Below are positions 61,744-64,000 of a stretch of 64,000 bases of DNA, one piece after another; position 1 is the first letter of the stretch; each line of letters starts with the position of its first letter. The DNA is from Spirochaetia bacterium (GTDB lineage: Bacteria; Spirochaetota; Spirochaetia; SP-2023): NCBI GenBank assembly GCA_965225855.1, contig CBDDCK010000004.1, forward strand, positions 279,006 to 343,005, written 5' to 3'. Position numbers and translations under genes: made by a program. The notes under the pieces were generated by a model. It had not been told where the DNA came from. It saw only the letters and a list, made by a program, of their open reading frames with translations, and did not search any database.

Positions 61744-64000
61744 CGACTTGCTCCAATTTTATAAACAAAAGAACGGCTTTCCAATTTTTTCAGCATATTT
61801 TCGGTAAGGTCATTGCCCCGCTGGATTTCGGTAAAAGTTTGTCTCTGTAAATCTAACCCTTGCTTTACTTTTTCTTCTTTCTCTTGGCTTTGTTCAAAGT
61901 TAAATTTGTTTAGGGCTTTAGCCAAATCGGGTATATACTCGATAGTATCGACATTTTGGCCTCTCTGTATTTTACGGCCAATATCTTGGTTGATAGATTC
62001 TATATTTTTGGCAAAGGCATCCGAACTTTTAAAACTTTCAGGCATACTAGAAATAAACATTTCTAAAAACGGAGCTTGTATATCGTAAATCACTTTATCA
62101 AAGCCAACATATTCCATAATGTTTGCCTTAAAGCTACTTCTCAAACCTTTATTTGTTCTAATTTGCCCCGCTAATCCCATAAATTCTTTAGCTAAGACTT
62201 CTGGGGTTGTAATGTTTTCGCCTAGCCATTCTTGTAGTTCACTTTTGAATAGTCCTGCTTTTGGTTGTTTGGTTAATAATTCTTTTATGTTTGCTAAAGA
62301 GCTATCTACATTTTGGTTTTGTGTACCAGAATTGTTAGTAATTTTATTCATCAAGCTATTTTTACTAAAAAAAGGCAGCCAATTATCATTTTGCCTTCCG
62401 TAAATTTTATCGTTGTTTTCTAAAAACTTTTGATACTTTGCTTCATCGGTTTTGTTGTGCTCAATTTTGCCAGCAATGCCATCACCGACCAACTGACCCA
62501 AAGCCCCACCGATAAACAAACCAGGGCCAGGTGCGATCATACTGCCAATTACCGCACCTGCGGTACTGCCAAACAACCCCAAGAATTGCGATTCCAGACA
62601 CTTTTCATGGCCTTTTGTTGTTCTTCGCCAGTTAGTTTCGATTGCCGAATAGCCAAGGCTTCCAAGCCCATAGATAACCCACCAAAAGCCAAACCAACCA
62701 AACCGCCCTTAAAAGCACTACCTTTCCTACCATGCCAAAAACCGCTTTTGGCAGCCCCTTTACTAAAACCTTGTTCCACACCTGTAGCGATTGCTGTAGG
62801 CATAGCAGCTTGTGTACTTAATCCATTGTTTACCACCCATACTGGCAAAGGCTGGCTAGCAGACACACCGCCCAACAAACCTTTAGGGTTGGCAGCCATA
62901 CTTTGCATTGCTTGTTGATTTTTATACATTGAAAACGCAGTAAACCCCGACAAAACAGTAGAAAGCACTGCACCGCTAGAGGTCAATACCCCGCCTATAT
63001 CGCTAAGCAATTGCGTGGCCAAACTAATGCGCCCGGCAAGCACTGTGTTTTCTTTGGCTATATTGTTCAGATGATCGAAAAAGCCAATTTTTAATTGCTG
63101 TACACCAACTAATTGCTCACGACCCGCTTCGGTGATAGTGCTAAACAAGGCCTCTTTGCGACTGTTGATACCGGCCAAACCCGCAGCCAAACTTTCAGCC
63201 ATGGTATCTTGCATTTTTCGCACCGTGCCTTCAGCAGAAGCTTTCTAACAACGCAAGGAATTTCTCAAAGGCATCTTGCCCTTGACTCATCAAGGTCAAA
63301 ATACCACGCGAACCACGCTCCTTTAAATATGGTGTTGATTTCAGCTGCTCGTTGTTCTTGCGTCAAGCCTGCGGTAGCCTCGTTTACTTCACGCAACAAG
63401 CTGGAAATGCTGCGCATTTGACCTTTATCGTCATAAACTTTTATGCTAAGTCGCTCTAAAGCCTTGTGTGCGTTATCATCGGGTACGGCTAGGGCTTTGA
63501 CGGTTTCCTTTAGTGTGGTGCCGGCCATACTGCCTTTGATACCCGCATTGGCCAAGAGCCCCATCATAGCCGTTGTCTCTTCTAGGGAAAGACCTAGATT
63601 TTTGGCATCGGCAGCAGCGTACTTCATGGCTTCGCCCAGCATGCCAATATCGGTATTGGCGGAATTGGCTGCCAATGTAAGCACATTCATCACTTCGCCC
63701 AGCTCACCGGCTTGATAGCCAAAGGCCGTGCCTATATCGGTGGCAATATCGGCACCCGTGCCAAAATCAATATCGTTGGCCTGCACAAAGGCCGTTACAT
63801 CGGCTATACTGGCTTTGATCTCATCGGCATCAAAGCCGGCCATGGCCAGCTTGTTCATGCCCTTGCGCAACCTGCTGGCTAGTAAAAATCGTAGTTGCCC
63901 CAAGCTCTTTGGCTTGTTGTTTTAGTTCTTTGTATTGAGCTGCGCTAGTGCCCATCATTCTAGCTTTGACGCTAGTTATTTCGCGCTCAAATTCCATATA
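61740..64000 (-). pseudogene. Phage tail tape measure protein (TP901 type), multiply frameshifted, 5' end beyond the window
   Basis: AKELGATTIFT, LAMAGF, LGEAMKY, LANAGIKGSMAGT; split over at least four reading frames. Confidence 0.85.

Larger units (their letters stand above)
55932..64000 (-). mobile_element. Mu-like prophage or tail-derived element (contractile tail/baseplate module)
   Basis: Tape measure, DNA circularization, gp44, gp45, gp46, gp47, gp48 in Mu order. Confidence 0.85.

Overview
Bacterial chromosome segment, most likely a spirochaete (inferred from the tRNA-Thr-rpmG-tRNA-Trp-secE-nusG-rplKAJL-rpoBC order without tuf, and the spirochaete-style lipoprotein signal peptides). 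1-11 kb: core rpoBC/ribosomal protein cluster. 11-22 kb: sugar catabolism island (transaldolase-like, PfkB kinase, frameshifted aldo/keto reductase, YphC-like dehydrogenase, sugar ABC transporter, fucA/fucU/fucI) ending at tRNA-Ser. 22-34 kb: FkbM-like methyltransferase, repeat-domain lipoprotein, HtrA, pyk, Rrf2-sufBCD, MFS. 34.5-43.5 kb: defence island (hsdS remnant, tandem repeat array, AAA-ATPase/TOPRIM pair, TIR protein, HU-like protein, fused R-M gene plus S gene). 43.5-50.5 kb: Fe3+ ABC transporter with a Fur-like box, a Zn-protease, and lipoprotein and amt pseudogenes. 50.5-55.5 kb: Type ISP RM enzyme. 56-64 kb: Mu-like contractile tail/baseplate module with no tail fibre gene. The most notable observation is a canonical -1 ribosomal frameshift signal (T_TTT_TTC, 6-nt spacer, perfect 11-bp hairpin) joining the R-M gene to its specificity subunit, predicting both RM and RM-S products. 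Also notable: duplicated promoter modules bracketing accessory genes, and a lytic-transglycosylase-like tail protein with a hydrophobic insertion. All family assignments are from motif recognition only; no database searches were run.
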